Source: Bispira polyomma
Lineage: Eukaryota
Length of the DNA stretch: 64,000 nucleotides
NCBI GenBank assembly: GCA_965649765.1
Contig: OZ287756.1
Location: 7,502,001 to 7,566,000, forward strand
Direction of reading: 5' to 3'
A model generated the notes under the pieces. It worked only from the letters and a program-made list of their open reading frames with translations, was not told the origin of the DNA and made no database searches. The position numbers and the translations under genes are program-made. Shown one piece after another: positions 47,895-61,042 of the stretch. The first letter of the stretch is position 1. Every line of letters begins with the position of its first letter.

Positions 47895-50420
47895 TTTCCC
47901 AGCCACTTTTCAGCGGCTTATGGAGCACTGTATGGGTAGGTGACTTGCATCTTTCATATTGTTTACTGTACCTAGATGATATTATTATGTATAGGAAAAC
48001 ATATGAGGAGCATTTGGTATGCCTGGAGCATTTGTGGTACACTAAAGAGAACTAGAATAAACCTCAATCACAACTGGTTCTACCAAGGAAGTGCTGGGGG
48101 TAGCTCTAGGATATGTGCACAATGAAATCGGTCATCTTGGAAGGTATTACTGAACTAGCATGCACCAATCAGTTGTTGATTACATAGCAAAGTGTGGAAG
48201 GTGTATAAGACGAAAGAACTGGAATCCCCAATGTGCGCTACTTGTGAACACAGAGACGACTCAACCAATAGAGTTAGTCTGTATGAACTTTCTGAAGTTG
48301 TAGCCATCTAAAGGTGGTATTGAGAACATACTGGTTGTAACTGATCATTTTACAAAGTATGTGCAAGCCTATGGGACTCACAACCAGACTGCAGAGACAA
48401 CCGCTCGGGTATTGTTTAAAAAGTTTTTGATTATTTTTGATTTTGATCATTCATTATGGTTTCCCGAGACGCTTACACAGTGACCAAGGAAGGAACTTTG
48501 AGAGCAAGCTGATCGTGGAGTTATGTTAGCTGGCAAACATTAAGAAGAGTAGGACCACCCCATGCCATCCTATGGGCAACGGGATCGCAGAGCGGTTTAA
48601 TTTGACTTGAGTATGCTTGGTACTTTGGATCCAAAGAAAAAAATTGACTGGAAATTTCCAGTCATTTGGGATCCTTAGTTCATGCTTACAATTGCACCAA
48701 GCATGATACCACTTGGTTGTCACCCTACTACTTAATGTTTTGTCGCCATCCATGCATCGCAGTTGATTTAGTTATTGGTCAGGCTCAACAGAAAGCCAAT
48801 ACAACTACGGATGGTTACATAAATCGACTTAAGGAGCAGCTAGCAAAAGCCTACGAGTTGGCTGAGTCCAATAAGCTGACCAGAAACATAGGTATGACAG
48901 ACAAGTTGGAGGTGCTGTATTAACTGTGGGAGACAGAGTACTAGTCAGGAATGTTAAATGTGCACATAAGATTGCGGATAAATGGAGTGAGAAGGTTTTC
49001 TTGGTGATGAAACAACCAAGCCTAGATATACCAGTCTCTGAGGTGAAACCTGAATGTGGGAATGGCAGGACACGGGTGCTTCACCACAACCTATTGTTGC
49101 CAATTCCTGGTATTCCTATGGAGACTACGGCTCGTCAATCAAAGGCCAAAGTACGCTTGAAACCAAATTTGAATGCACGTCAAGATGATTTTAGTAGCTC
49201 AGATAAACAATCGGTAGTTCCAACAGCGGTGCTTTACTTATAGAAGTAAGAGTTAGAAGAGCTCTTATATCTGCTGCAAGAAATTTAAGGAATCAGAATC
49301 GTTTACTGACTTCAAGAGATGAAACACCTGTTTGAACTGTTAATGTCGAGCCACATTTAGATGTGGGTGAAAGTTTCTTTCCTGGTGATGGGACCGATGT
49401 TCCCATAGGGAACCTGTTTGATATATCTGGAGGGGTTGTTAATCGTGACCTAACCTTTGATGAGACTCAGGCTGTGCTCACTGAAGAACAAAGGAGCTCA
49501 CATCAAGGAACAATGAGTGAAGGAGATGGATTTAGTGCTGAGGACATTGTCGATGAGATTACCCTTAAGCAGCAATCACCTGCTGCCACTTCAAGAGAGT
49601 TCGCAACCAGCCTTTAGGTAAGCCATGATAAAACTGAGCACTCTCAGCAGCCTCCTGTACCTGCTCCTGGAAAGTCGAGTAAAGTCAACGGCTCATTTAC
49701 GGCGTGACTTCGTTTACAATTACCAACATGGTACAGAAGACGATCAGAAGAGTGCTGAAGTTGTATAGAAGATCACCTTTCTAAAGCAGATGATAAAGTT
49801 ATAATGAGAAACGTTTCTTCAGATTGACTTTTTTCAAGTTTAGAAGATTAGTTTCAGTCGTCAGTTCGTTTTTTTATCATCTGTGTCAAGAAGTTTGTTT
49901 TACTATATAACCATTAGTGTATAGTGTTTTTTTTTATATTTATTAAAGAAAACAACTGTGATGGCAAAGGTAGAAGCGAGTTTTGAAGATTTCAGAAAGC
50001 ATTTCTGAGCAAATTCGGACATTCAGTTGTGCTGAGATTTAAATGTTAGGATGATATTTCCCAACCCAGGGAAGTATGTGACAATTGTTCGTAGCTGGAT
50101 AGCGAAAGCCGATAACAATTTCATTTAAATGGCTATGAGTTGAGAGATAAATATTCAAGCGGCAAAAATAACAAGGTAAAACTGGACCTGGGTGCTTGTT
50201 TAAAAGGTACTTTTGTTTGTGATTGCCATGGTCACTGGTATGACTGTTTGATCTGTTAGGAAGAGTGATGTGTTTGTCGATGTGAATGGCTGTGTGCAGG
50301 TGTTTTTGTCTACGGTGTTCACCCAGCTGTGTGGTGCTCCTATGAGTCAGTGGTGACGGCCGGACTGGTATGTTAAAGAACAATAAAGGTTTTTAATCAA
50401 GCCATACTGGTGTTACTTAA
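47895..50420 (+). mobile_element. Ty3/Gypsy LTR retrotransposon remnant (RT fragment, integrase, probable 3' LTR from 50077)
   Basis: CLLYLDDII; HNEIGHLG...CGRC; VVTDHFTKY; [11 protein letters not shown]; NGIAERFN; AYNCTKH..T..SPYYLMF; GDRVLVRN. Purine-rich AGGGAAGTA then TGTGAC at 50077; AATAAA at 50382. Confidence 0.92.
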
Positions 50421-50464
50421 GAAGTTGCATCCCCTGGTTAAGTGCTATGATGTTGATCTATTAT

Positions 50465-50830
50465 CTATTCATTGAATGAAAGTACTTCTCCTTCATTATC
50501 TACTATGTCAGCTATGAATAGTATTCCAGGTTGATGCCACTTGGTTATGTAAAGATCATATTCAATTGTATTGTTGTTATACCATAATATAGATGAAGAC
50601 ATTTCTTCAGTCATTTTCGGTTTAACATTATTAACAACCATTATCCAAGCATTAAGAACTGATTTCCAAAAATCATTACTAGTCCTTGATATCAATTGTG
50701 TATACCATAGAGAGCCTTTGCTTGTGAAGTTTTTATTGTTGCTAATGATTCTTTCAAATAGTTGTGTCCAAGATTGTTGACAAGCTTGTACTAACCTTCT
50801 TATCAATGTAATATTTTTAATTTTGCCTAC
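50465..50830 (-). mobile_element. L1/Tx1-type LINE ORF2 fragment
   Basis: NDFWKSVLNAW, ILWYNNN, W..GILFIADIVD...LSFNE. Confidence 0.75.
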
Positions 50831-50994
50831 CCACCGTAGTTCTCTTCTGTACAACACTATATTTTTTCTTACGACCTTGCTATGTCCATAGACTACACGA
50901 TTGGATCAATGATTCTGCTGTTGTGCTCTAGAAGATGCCTAGCATCAATAAACCATTCAGCATTTGATTAACCATACACAGTCACATGAGTTAT

Positions 50995-53900
50995 TAGTCC
51001 AGTAGAAATTTGAAAAAGTATTATATTAGTATTTAGTATGAACAAGCTTTTTTGCAGAAATCAAATCTTTAGAGGGCCTAAATGAATAATCTGACAAGTG
51101 CCACTCTGGCAATGTTGAGCAATTTTAGCGAAATTAAAGATGGCCGCCATAGAGATCCTAGTATATCAAAAATGCTCATTAAATCGTTATTTATTTGTCA
51201 CTTATAATATTTAATATATCATTTTCTTTATATCAGGGAAATTCAAGATGACTACCATCTAAAACTAACAAAGCCCAGCTAAAAATCACATGACATTGTA
51301 ATTTTTGTTGAAGTGTCAATTAGAATGCTTGTGCTTTATTTAAATGAGTTTAATAAAGCAAATTTAATGTTTAAGTGCAGAGGAGGGTGTTTAGTCTTGC
51401 AACTGTAAAGTAGTTTGATTAACTGCCTCTTGTTGAAGTCAATCTTTATAATGACATCTCACGGAGGAAAAGGTGTATCAAGAGTTAGTTAATGTTGTTT
51501 TTTGTGGACAATTCCACCAGCACGCTTGCTTCGTTCATGGGTTTTAGTTGAATTTGGCAAATAATTGTCAAAAATAATATTAGTTATGTGGGCTTTGACA
51601 AGAAAAGCATTATTAATTCATTAAAGTTCTTGACAGAGTCCATTTTGTGCCAAACAACATGGTATAATGCTCATTACCATCTATAAGTTGTAAATCTACT
51701 GGCATCATAGATCTTGTAGCAAAGCATGCCAATTTGTCAAATAAAGTATGCTTTGCTCTTTTTCTCGTTTCCCTGTATTTATCAAATAAAGATAAAGGTA
51801 CAGAAGAAAGTTCATACTTTAGTAGGTCTTGTAAGTTTATGTCTCTTTTGGTGAAATTACCAATAGTCTTGCATAGAGTTTTTCTGTGTTGTTTCCCTGT
51901 TCCAACCTTCAAATTATTTTTGCTTACTACTTCCGTTGTTGTCACACTTTTTTTTCTTAAAGGTGAATAAAAATCTCCTGGAAGGGCAGAACTAAACATC
52001 TAGTGATTCACCAATTGCAAGAGCATTGTCCACATTTACTATTGCTAGGGCCACACGGCCTGTCACAACATTTGTAAGCGGATCTTGTTCTTTAGTTGAC
52101 AGTTGATTTGTGCATTTTTAAGTGCTGTAAAGATTTTACTTCGCATCAACTCTTCTTACTTGTAGGTTTCTGGGTTGTATCCTTCAAGAGACTTGTCATA
52201 CATTTTATCATAAACTAGAGAAAATATCTTGTAAAGATGATGAGATAATGTACAGCTAGCTACTTGTTCTTCGAAAATGCTTTTTCCAACAAAACCACCC
52301 TTGCCTTTCCCATACCTTATGTATGTTTTCTCTCCAAATTGATCCATAAACAAAGCATTCCACACCACTTTTTATGACGGCACAAATGTTCCCCCCTCAC
52401 AAATTTCTCTATTATACCTTGACGAAGAACAGCAATTTCCAAAAGATGCCACTGGATATATTGTGCATTGTTTCAATGAGAAGCAGAAAAAAAGCATTCC
52501 TTTTAAGTGTAGCAACCAGTCATATTCTCTCTCTCTGCTCTGATCAAAAAGAGAATAATAATAACTGGATCTATTAGACAGTCCACCCATAAACAGCTAG
52601 TTTGTGAGAGTCTTGCACTTACAAGGACTTATTCCATCTGGTCTAGGCCTATGCTGTTAGATTTTACAAAGTGTTCAAGAAGGGCTTCAACAACCATTCA
52701 CAGACCCTGCATAGCTTTTGACCAGGACATTCCCAGTAACATGTTTGTGACATCTTTGTATGTCTCTTCCAAATTCTCTTCCAAAATCTTTTCTAGACCA
52801 GTGCTTGCCATTAGGGTACCAATGCAGGGTATGACAGACATAATTGTGTGCATCCTACCAGAACGTACAACTAGATGTTACCATCTACTGGGATTTGAAC
52901 ATTTCATCTGCATAACACTTTGTAGAGTTGCACATCTGCACAAATGTAGATGGTCTGTTGTTTCATCAAGTGCTCAATGTACAATAAAGTGATTATAACC
53001 ATGTCAGGGTGTGATGGTGGAGAATCTTTTAATGGCTCAAACAGTTATTTGGTTGCAGGACTAGAGTTTTAGTTTTCATTTTTAACCATTGATGCCACAA
53101 AGCCAGACCATTCTGATAAAAGTGATATAAGGGGTTTTCCATTACTTTCTAACAGTGTTACCAACTAAGATAAATCTGATTGAAGTTCAGATGTAATTCT
53201 CTCACTTGTGTTCTTGCCCATATAAAACTCAAAACCTATCCAAGAGGTAATTCCTGCCTAAAACGTCCTTACATTAGTTTGTATTTAGTACCTTCTAAGC
53301 CCTAAAGGAAATTTGTAAACTAGGTAGAAGGCACAAAATACATCCTGTGATGGTTGCGTGTACTCTACAGCCATGCAATGAGATTATCTGGTGTCATTTG
53401 GGGTCTAAACATTCAAATCTAAGTTTTCAAAGCAGGCACTTGACTTTCAGTGCATGAAGTCCTTGTGAACACTTGTGTCTTGGGCCGTCATCTTAGCTGC
53501 TGATTTCTTAAATCTCAGGACCTCGCCATAAGATGTAATGAAACCACTGGCATATAAAGTGTCTTCCCTTAACCCAAATTGGTGATGTAGTTTGATGGCA
53601 AGGCCAAGTGTGGTTTGATTAAATGTGCCACTCATCAAACTTTGTATTGATTGTGAAATGCAAAGAGATTTCATGGTAACAGAGTCTGATGAAACTACAT
53701 AACTAATAACTACTAATAAGATGCAAAAGGGTACTACTGATAGATTCTATTGTGTTACTAAGAGTGAGCATATTAATGCCATAGTGTGGAGACTTTTGTA
53801 CTTCATTCACTTCATTTGAGACAATTTTGAGAACATCTCCAATATAGTCTTTGTCATTTTCAGATATAATCTTGAGATTATCAGGCACATGATCTCTCAA

Positions 53901-54731
53901 ACAGAGTAGACTTGCACATCCATTGATTTTCATTATTATTTATTTGTCACCAAAATAGGTTTCAAGCTTTTTTATCAATGATACACGTTTATTGCTTTTA
54001 CACTGACCAGAAATTTCTGTTTCGTCACCACACATTTCCAGAGAAAAGATATCATAAAGTTGGACAGAATTCAAAATTCTTGCAGGATTATTCTGAATTG
54101 CTGTCAAGACACTTTGAAAAGCTATATCAGGTTATTTTTCGCCAAGCTTGGCAGTTGATACATTTCTTCTTGTGCCAAAGGATTTATAATATTCCAGTGG
54201 TATTGTGCATCAGAGAGTCAGAGACCGCTCCAAGAATACAAAGTCGCACTTCTAAGGCTTGTTTGTCAGCTCTAACAGTTTTTCAATTTGAAACATATTT
54301 TGGATGATTTATCGCAAGAACACAAAAATTAAATTGAAGTAATTGAATCAAAAAAAATTCTTAAAATGTTTATGTAAAAAGCAGCCTTTACGGTTAAAAA
54401 AATGCAAAAAATATCATTTTGAATCCCCTAATATCTATAAATTTTTTGGAATGTATCAGAGCGTAAATTTCAGAAGCAAATGATATATTACACTTAAAAA
54501 TTGACAAAGAAATAACGATTTAATAAGCATTTTTGATATACTGGTGTCTGTATGGCGACCATCTTGAATTTCATTGAATAACAAAGAATTGCTCAAAAAT
54601 GCTAGAGTGGCAAACGTCAGATTATTGATCTAGACGCTGTAAAGATTTGATTTCTGAAACTGAAAAACAAAAACGTTGTTCTTACTAAATTTTACGCTTC
54701 AGCTAATTTTTGGGGTTTGTCTACTGGACTA
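50995..54731 (-). mobile_element. Academ-like DNA transposon, both ends intact, transposase decayed
   Basis: Termini TAGTCCAGTAGA...TCTACTGGACTA; ~230-bp imperfect TIRs; 3-bp TSD TAT (50992-50994, 54732-54734). Minus-strand fragments LGLAIKLHHQFG...SYGEVLRF, GLEKIL..MLLGMSWSKA, REYDWLLHL, DQFGEKTYIRYGKGKGG, YELSSVPLSLFD, LIDG. Confidence 0.82.
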
Positions 54732-55717
54732 TATATATCATGTGATAAAAAGATAATTTCAAGAATTTTTAATATTTGCTAATGATATGGTGTTACGCTG
54801 TCTGGTATTGGAGCTGGCATGTTCTAAAGTGTGGACAAAAAATACATGAGACTTAATCTCTAAATTAAATCGTTATCAAAGCTTTTTCAAAGCACCCCAA
54901 AGAATTAACCACAGCTAGACGATTTTAATAACTATGATATTTACATGGATATTTAGGGGATGGGGATACACAGTTCCATGAACCCTGTCACAACATCATC
55001 TTACTTTGACCTTGACATTTGACCTCGATATTTGTCCAATTCAGGTAAAACAAAAGTAGAAGAAATTACCATTTGGTGGTAATTTAAATAGGGTCAAGAT
55101 CCAGACATGAGTGGCAGATACCTCAGTTTGTAAGTTTAGGAAGTTTTTGGAGGTTTAGTAAGATTCCTACTTTAATTTGCGCCACAAGTGATGTGACATG
55201 TTAATAATAATCAAATGTAAAGATTTAAATATACATATAATGAATACATAATCTATTATTACCATATAACAGGTGCACATCAATAATATCAACTATAAAC
55301 TAACATATCATTCAGATTTTACATTTAATTTTCTGAACATTTTATACCACAGACAATTACAACTTACATCTATCAGATTACAATTCCATTATATACTGAC
55401 AAGTATGGAAATCAGAAACACAATAACGTTACCATATCTATAAATTAATTGAGTATAACATATATTTTATTGCATGAAATTATTTGTTTAAAGTTTATAC
55501 ACACTTACAATAATTTGTATTGAATAGACAATAACTAAAACTAAATGCAAACCAAGAACCAAACCTAAACAAACTTTTACAAAACACTTGTTTTGCTGTT
55601 AGATAACGCTGGAATCTTCATCAACTAGTTTTAATGACTAGCAACCACATCCAGTATTGTCGTGCAACATAATAAGCACGGTTTTTATTAACTGATGACT
55701 TCACTAAGAGCTATATA

Positions 55718-56747
55718 TTATCGGCATAATTGGGGAATATAGTTTTTGAGTTCTTTTTTAAAGCTGTCATATTTTAATGTGTATATGATTGGATTTAATC
55801 CACAGTTGACAAATATGAGGATATTTGCCACTCTGTGCAAATGCCACATAATCAGGCCGAAAGCCAAACATACCAACCACTATCAGTAATGTCGCTGGTA
55901 GCTAGCATAAGATAAAGCAGAAACATAAGATGAACATGGTGATCAAGATATTAGACTGCCTTTTGGATAGACCTCCGTTTGACATGTTAGGCGAGAACGG
56001 TGCTACTTTGCGCTTATTTCTCAGTGTCAAAAAGATCTTAGTGTAGACAAACACCATGAAAACCATAGGAAATCCCTGCACAGTCAAGAAAAAACCAAGG
56101 CCAAAGATTGTCTTAAGTAGGTCACTCTTCCAGAAGTGGAGGACTTCACAAATACCCTCTTTCATCGAGGATGTAATGATCAGAACAATGCCAAATATGA
56201 TTCCAAATGCAAAGATGGCTACTATCCCACTGTATGCGAGTTTCCTACTCAGGTAGTTCTTATGTAGCACAGGCCTGGCCACCATGAAGAACCTCTCCAA
56301 GGTAATAAGCAGAATATTGTACGTGGAGGCAATCAGGAATGTCCATAGCAGAAACTGTGACCCTAAAATTCTGCAAATTATCTCGTCAGCCACGGCTAGG
56401 TCATGTGGCAAGGTGCAAATGATGAGCAAGAGCCCACACAGGCAATCAAACATAGATTGGCTTTTGATGAAGATGTTGCTCAACTCTTGGTTCATGGTTT
56501 TGCTCCTTGACAAGACAATCAAGACAAAGAGATTGCCAAAGAAAATGAAGACACCAGTTGGGTAGTTGTATACAGTATATCCCACTGTGTTCCACTTGGT
56601 AAAGGATCAGTGTTGTTGTTGTTGGCAGTATTTGTAATAGTGGCGACATCATCAGTGACATTCATCATCTGAATACTCACATTTGTAGATTGGTTCATGG
56701 ATGACTGAGTGAATGATTCAGTAACTTGTTTTATTTGCAATCTTCAT
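55718..56747 (-). pseudogene. Orphan class A GPCR pseudogene 2
   Basis: Full length but with frameshifts near 56725, 56575 and 55833 and TAG at 55902 (CYLP position). GNLFV, SQSMFD, LERFF and NPIIY are recognisable. Confidence 0.93.
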
Positions 56748-57889
56748 TTCCACTAAGCAGTCCTGGTAAAAGTTGCTCTCAGGATGTAAAAGAGACCCTT
56801 GGCAGAGACACGAGCAAAAAAAAAACATTGTCAGCATGGGTTCTTAAAGAATAAAGGTTGCTGACCAGTGTATTAATTAGCAGTTTTAGCTTCCAACTGG
56901 TATGGAACCGGCCTATTATGGTACCAATTACTAGCACTAGGCGCCTAATTTGTAATTTGCTTTTGTTATTTAGAGAAAAGCCTGCTGCTCCAACGTTTGT
57001 CATCAAGCAAGGCTATATCTGATTTTGATTATTTTTAGCAGAACAGGAAACAATAAACACACAGCAGGCTTGGAAGAAAAAATTATCCACTTTCTGAAAA
57101 TTGATCCCCAATTATTTTTACTACAATCTTACTGAGAAAGTTGTCATTCAGGAAATTACAACTCACACATTTTAGCGGATTTTGCAAATTGCTGGGGGCT
57201 TTTTGTCGCGTCTTCTTTGTGTATTCATTATTAAGCTTGAAACCAAGCAGTAAACATATATAATTTTCTTCTACTGGAAGCCATATTGGATTTTAAAATA
57301 TTAGTGCTTTACTGTTTTTAGTTTCTTATAGAAATGTTTTAATCTAGTCATATTTTAAACCTTTATGTGCTTATACATAATAGCAATAGTGCAGTTAAAT
57401 TTCTAATATGCAAAGTCAACTACGGTGACTCATTAAGGTGAAATAATTTAGTATGCAAAGTCAACTGCTGTGACCCACTAGGGTCAAAACAACTTATGAC
57501 TAATTATAAACGACTGCAGTTAACAAACATATGTAATAAATTTTCTTTTCATTTTTACATTTTACATAGACCTCTGTTGTACCTAATTTGAAGAGATATT
57601 TTCTAGTTCCTAAAATTTAGTACACCATTTTGAATTGGAACCATATCAGGTCATTATTTGATATAGATTTGTTTTGTTTTCTATGTTGTATTATCTAGTG
57701 ATGTATCTAGTATATTTCCCATTTTATGGTCATCATATTGCTTCTGCTATAAAATATAATAACACTTCTGGCACCTTTTTGACACTTTTCAAGAATATGA
57801 ATTTTAGTTGGCATTATTGGTCAAATGATTTTTAGGTTTTCACTTTTCTTTGTTTGATTCATATTTGTCACTATTATTCGAACACGCAA

Positions 57890-58885
57890 ATCAAAACAAA
57901 TAATCATTGTCAGCATGGATTAAAGATAATAAGTGTTGCTAATCTAAGATCCACTAATTACCAGTCTGCAAAGAAGCAGTTATTGTTCTTACTAGTATGA
58001 AACTGGCCTCCCATTATACCTGTTACAATTATTTTTAGTATAAGACTAATTTTCCATTAGCTTTTGTTACTTGTAAGAAGACTTGCAGAGTGGCTGAATA
58101 TCACAATGGTTTTATTAAATGTTTAGTCTTTTTAGCAGAAAAGAAAACAGTGTACATGAAGCTATTTTTGAAGAGTAATAGTACAAATTTTTAAAGTTGC
58201 AAAAGTAATGTATTTAAATTAGTCTCATAAAACAAAGTTGCAGCTGATATTTACTGCTAACACAAACTTCAGTAACAGTTTTTTGATAACTTCATAACTA
58301 AAGGTTTAGTCTAACTGACAAAGTTAAAACCTACGCTATAACAAAATTATCTACATTTTTAATATTTCTATGCAATTATATAATTGTCCAATTATGCCTC
58401 ACTACAGTCTATGCATTAGTATATGACAAAAAGTTTGGTCTCATTGGCCAAGTTAGCAGGCAGGCAATCACAAATCACATTTGTCTCAACAATGAAAATT
58501 GCTGTGTAATTGTTCTCACTATGTACACAATTTTAGCTAATGATCTTATGTACGGTAAATTATAGTTGCCAGTGAAGATATAAAACTGTAATAATGGTTC
58601 ACCAGAAATGGCCAATGGTGCAAATTAATTCCAGGTAATTTTTTAAAAGATGTGAATTAGTGAATTTCTTGCAGTTAAAATTCCGCTAAGAATGTTTATT
58701 ATTTGAAAAACAGAATCAAAATTAAGAAATATGTTTTGTACCCTAATATAATCAACAAAGATGATGATATCCAACTTTCCATAATTTCCATGCACAATGT
58801 TATAAACACATTTTCTATGCAAACATTTTCCATTGTTAGTTGATTCAATTTTGACTAGTTTTTACTGATACACTGATATAAAGGA
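57890..58885 (-). repeat. GPCR upstream block without a coding region (paralog of 62200-63547, 26760-27150, 45357-45815, 56790-57130)
   Basis: Shared blocks CATGGATTAAAGATA, AATTACCAGTCT, TTTTAGCAGAAAAGAAAAC, ACAAAATTATC, TATGCATTAGTA, CTAGTTTTTASTGATASACTGATATAAA. Confidence 0.8.
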
Positions 58886-61042
58886 GACACTAGTAACAAT
58901 AAAACGTTGATGACAAGTTATTGTACAAATGGCAAAAACTTATAACAAAGACACTCAAGACACAACATTTAATTACACCAATAATTTTAACTAAACCGTA
59001 ACTACTCTAATTGCGCAAACTTTGATATTTTGTTGTAGATTAAACACAACTTATTTTTTTACAATAAAAGCAGAAAAAAAAAAAGAAACTAACACACAAA
59101 AAAAAAAAATTATACAGTTGTGATGCAAAAATATTTTTACATTGGTAACAATATCATATTTTGTAAATCTATTTACATTGGCATTCAAGTTATCTCTCAA
59201 GTTGAGACTGAATATTTTTTTTATTGTTAACAATGTCATTACTTTTGCAGTCTGCTGGAACATTCTGAAAATATTACTGAAATTTACACGACAAACACGA
59301 TCAAAAGGAATTTTACAATGATATAACAGATATATAAAGGATCTAGATACTTCAGATTTACTACTATTCAAGTTTTCCACATAAACTAACAACATGGTTT
59401 TCACTCTCTAAGAGACGCTTTATGAATTTATAAAATATTTTATGTAACTGAGCCTCTACAGGGATATCATCAAATATTAAAGTTACTAAAGTTAATTACT
59501 GGGAATGTGTTCGGAATTGCAAACTAATAAACTTGCGAATAGACTTTCTCCAAGTTACATAAAATTTATTGGTATCTCGACTGCTTAAGTCCCACAGGAC
59601 ATATAATGTCATACAATACCGTTTAATAATGTTATATTTTAAATTAGAGTTACAACTATTGAGGTTACTGAGAAGTACAAATTATTCTCATTACATTATT
59701 GACATTTTTACCTCCAACTTAATGTCCAATTATATGACCCAAATGATTGGCACAACAAGAGGCACAATTGACAAACCATTACAACCTTTTTTTTACATCT
59801 TGTGTGTTGACATTACCAAAAGCAAGCAGCTGGCATTTTTCGAGTAAAGTATAACTATATTCAGAACCAAATTATTTAACAATATTGAGCATCATTTTTA
59901 AACTATATACTGCAATGTCACATCATCAGCAAAGCCAAGAGCCGTTACAGAACAATTACCAATATGGCCTCTAAACCCTGAAAATTTTAATATTGTTAAC
60001 ATTTCATCAAAAAGTAAACAGAAAAAGTACAGGAAAAAGAATCCCATCCTTGCTTGACGCCATTAATAGCTGTAAACTCAGCTAAAGTTACAATACCCAT
60101 CTGATGCTTAATTTTTTAGATATATACATATTAATTAGGAATCGTGATATCAAAGGGCATAAACCTTTATTTATTTATTTTTATTTCACAAAACTTTTAT
60201 GTTGCTGTTATTTCTGAGAGTGTCTAATAATCCTTACTGTTTTCACAATTTTTTGTCTTTGTAAAACATGTTACTAATTGTGGCTTTTGTTATGTAATTT
60301 TTTCACTGAAACAAAGTTATAAATACAATTACTATTCATTAGTTTGAGAAGTATTGTTAAGAGAATGGTGATTTCTTGAATCTTGACTTTTGTCTATTTT
60401 ATTTGGTACAAAAGAACAATATATTTACCATTTGGTAAAAATTACAATCGGGCCAAGATCCATAATTAGTTTTATATCTAATAGTCAAGACATGTAAATA
60501 CACGACCTATTAGTCTGATACATCCGGTGCACAGTTAATATAATATGAAGTATACAACAGTATAGTAGTCACATTTTATATTTCATAGTAAATATATCCA
60601 CTGGACCAATTTATCCTATCTGTGCTTAGTCTAAACCAACAAAAAGTAATGAAAAGTCAGGACTTGTATTGATAAAAACACACATTTTATTATAATGAAT
60701 TCATATTCAAACCAACAAATAAGAAAGTTGGTAAAACAACAAAGTTACCATATCTATTGATTAATGAGGCTTAAAATTTACTCATCGTTTGAAAGGCTTT
60801 AATGTTGAGATTTAACCCTGTACACACTTACATTAAATGGTACAGATGAAAACAGCAAAACCACCCTAAGGTTCACAACACACTTATTTACCTATAATCT
60901 AAATGTGCACACTTAAGAACTTGCAACTAGTTTCAATGACTAGTCTTACCTTGTACACAGACAGTAACCACAAAATCCAGTTTTGTCTTGTAACATAATT
61001 AGCACAGTTCCTTTAACTTACAACTTCACTGAGAGTTTCATA

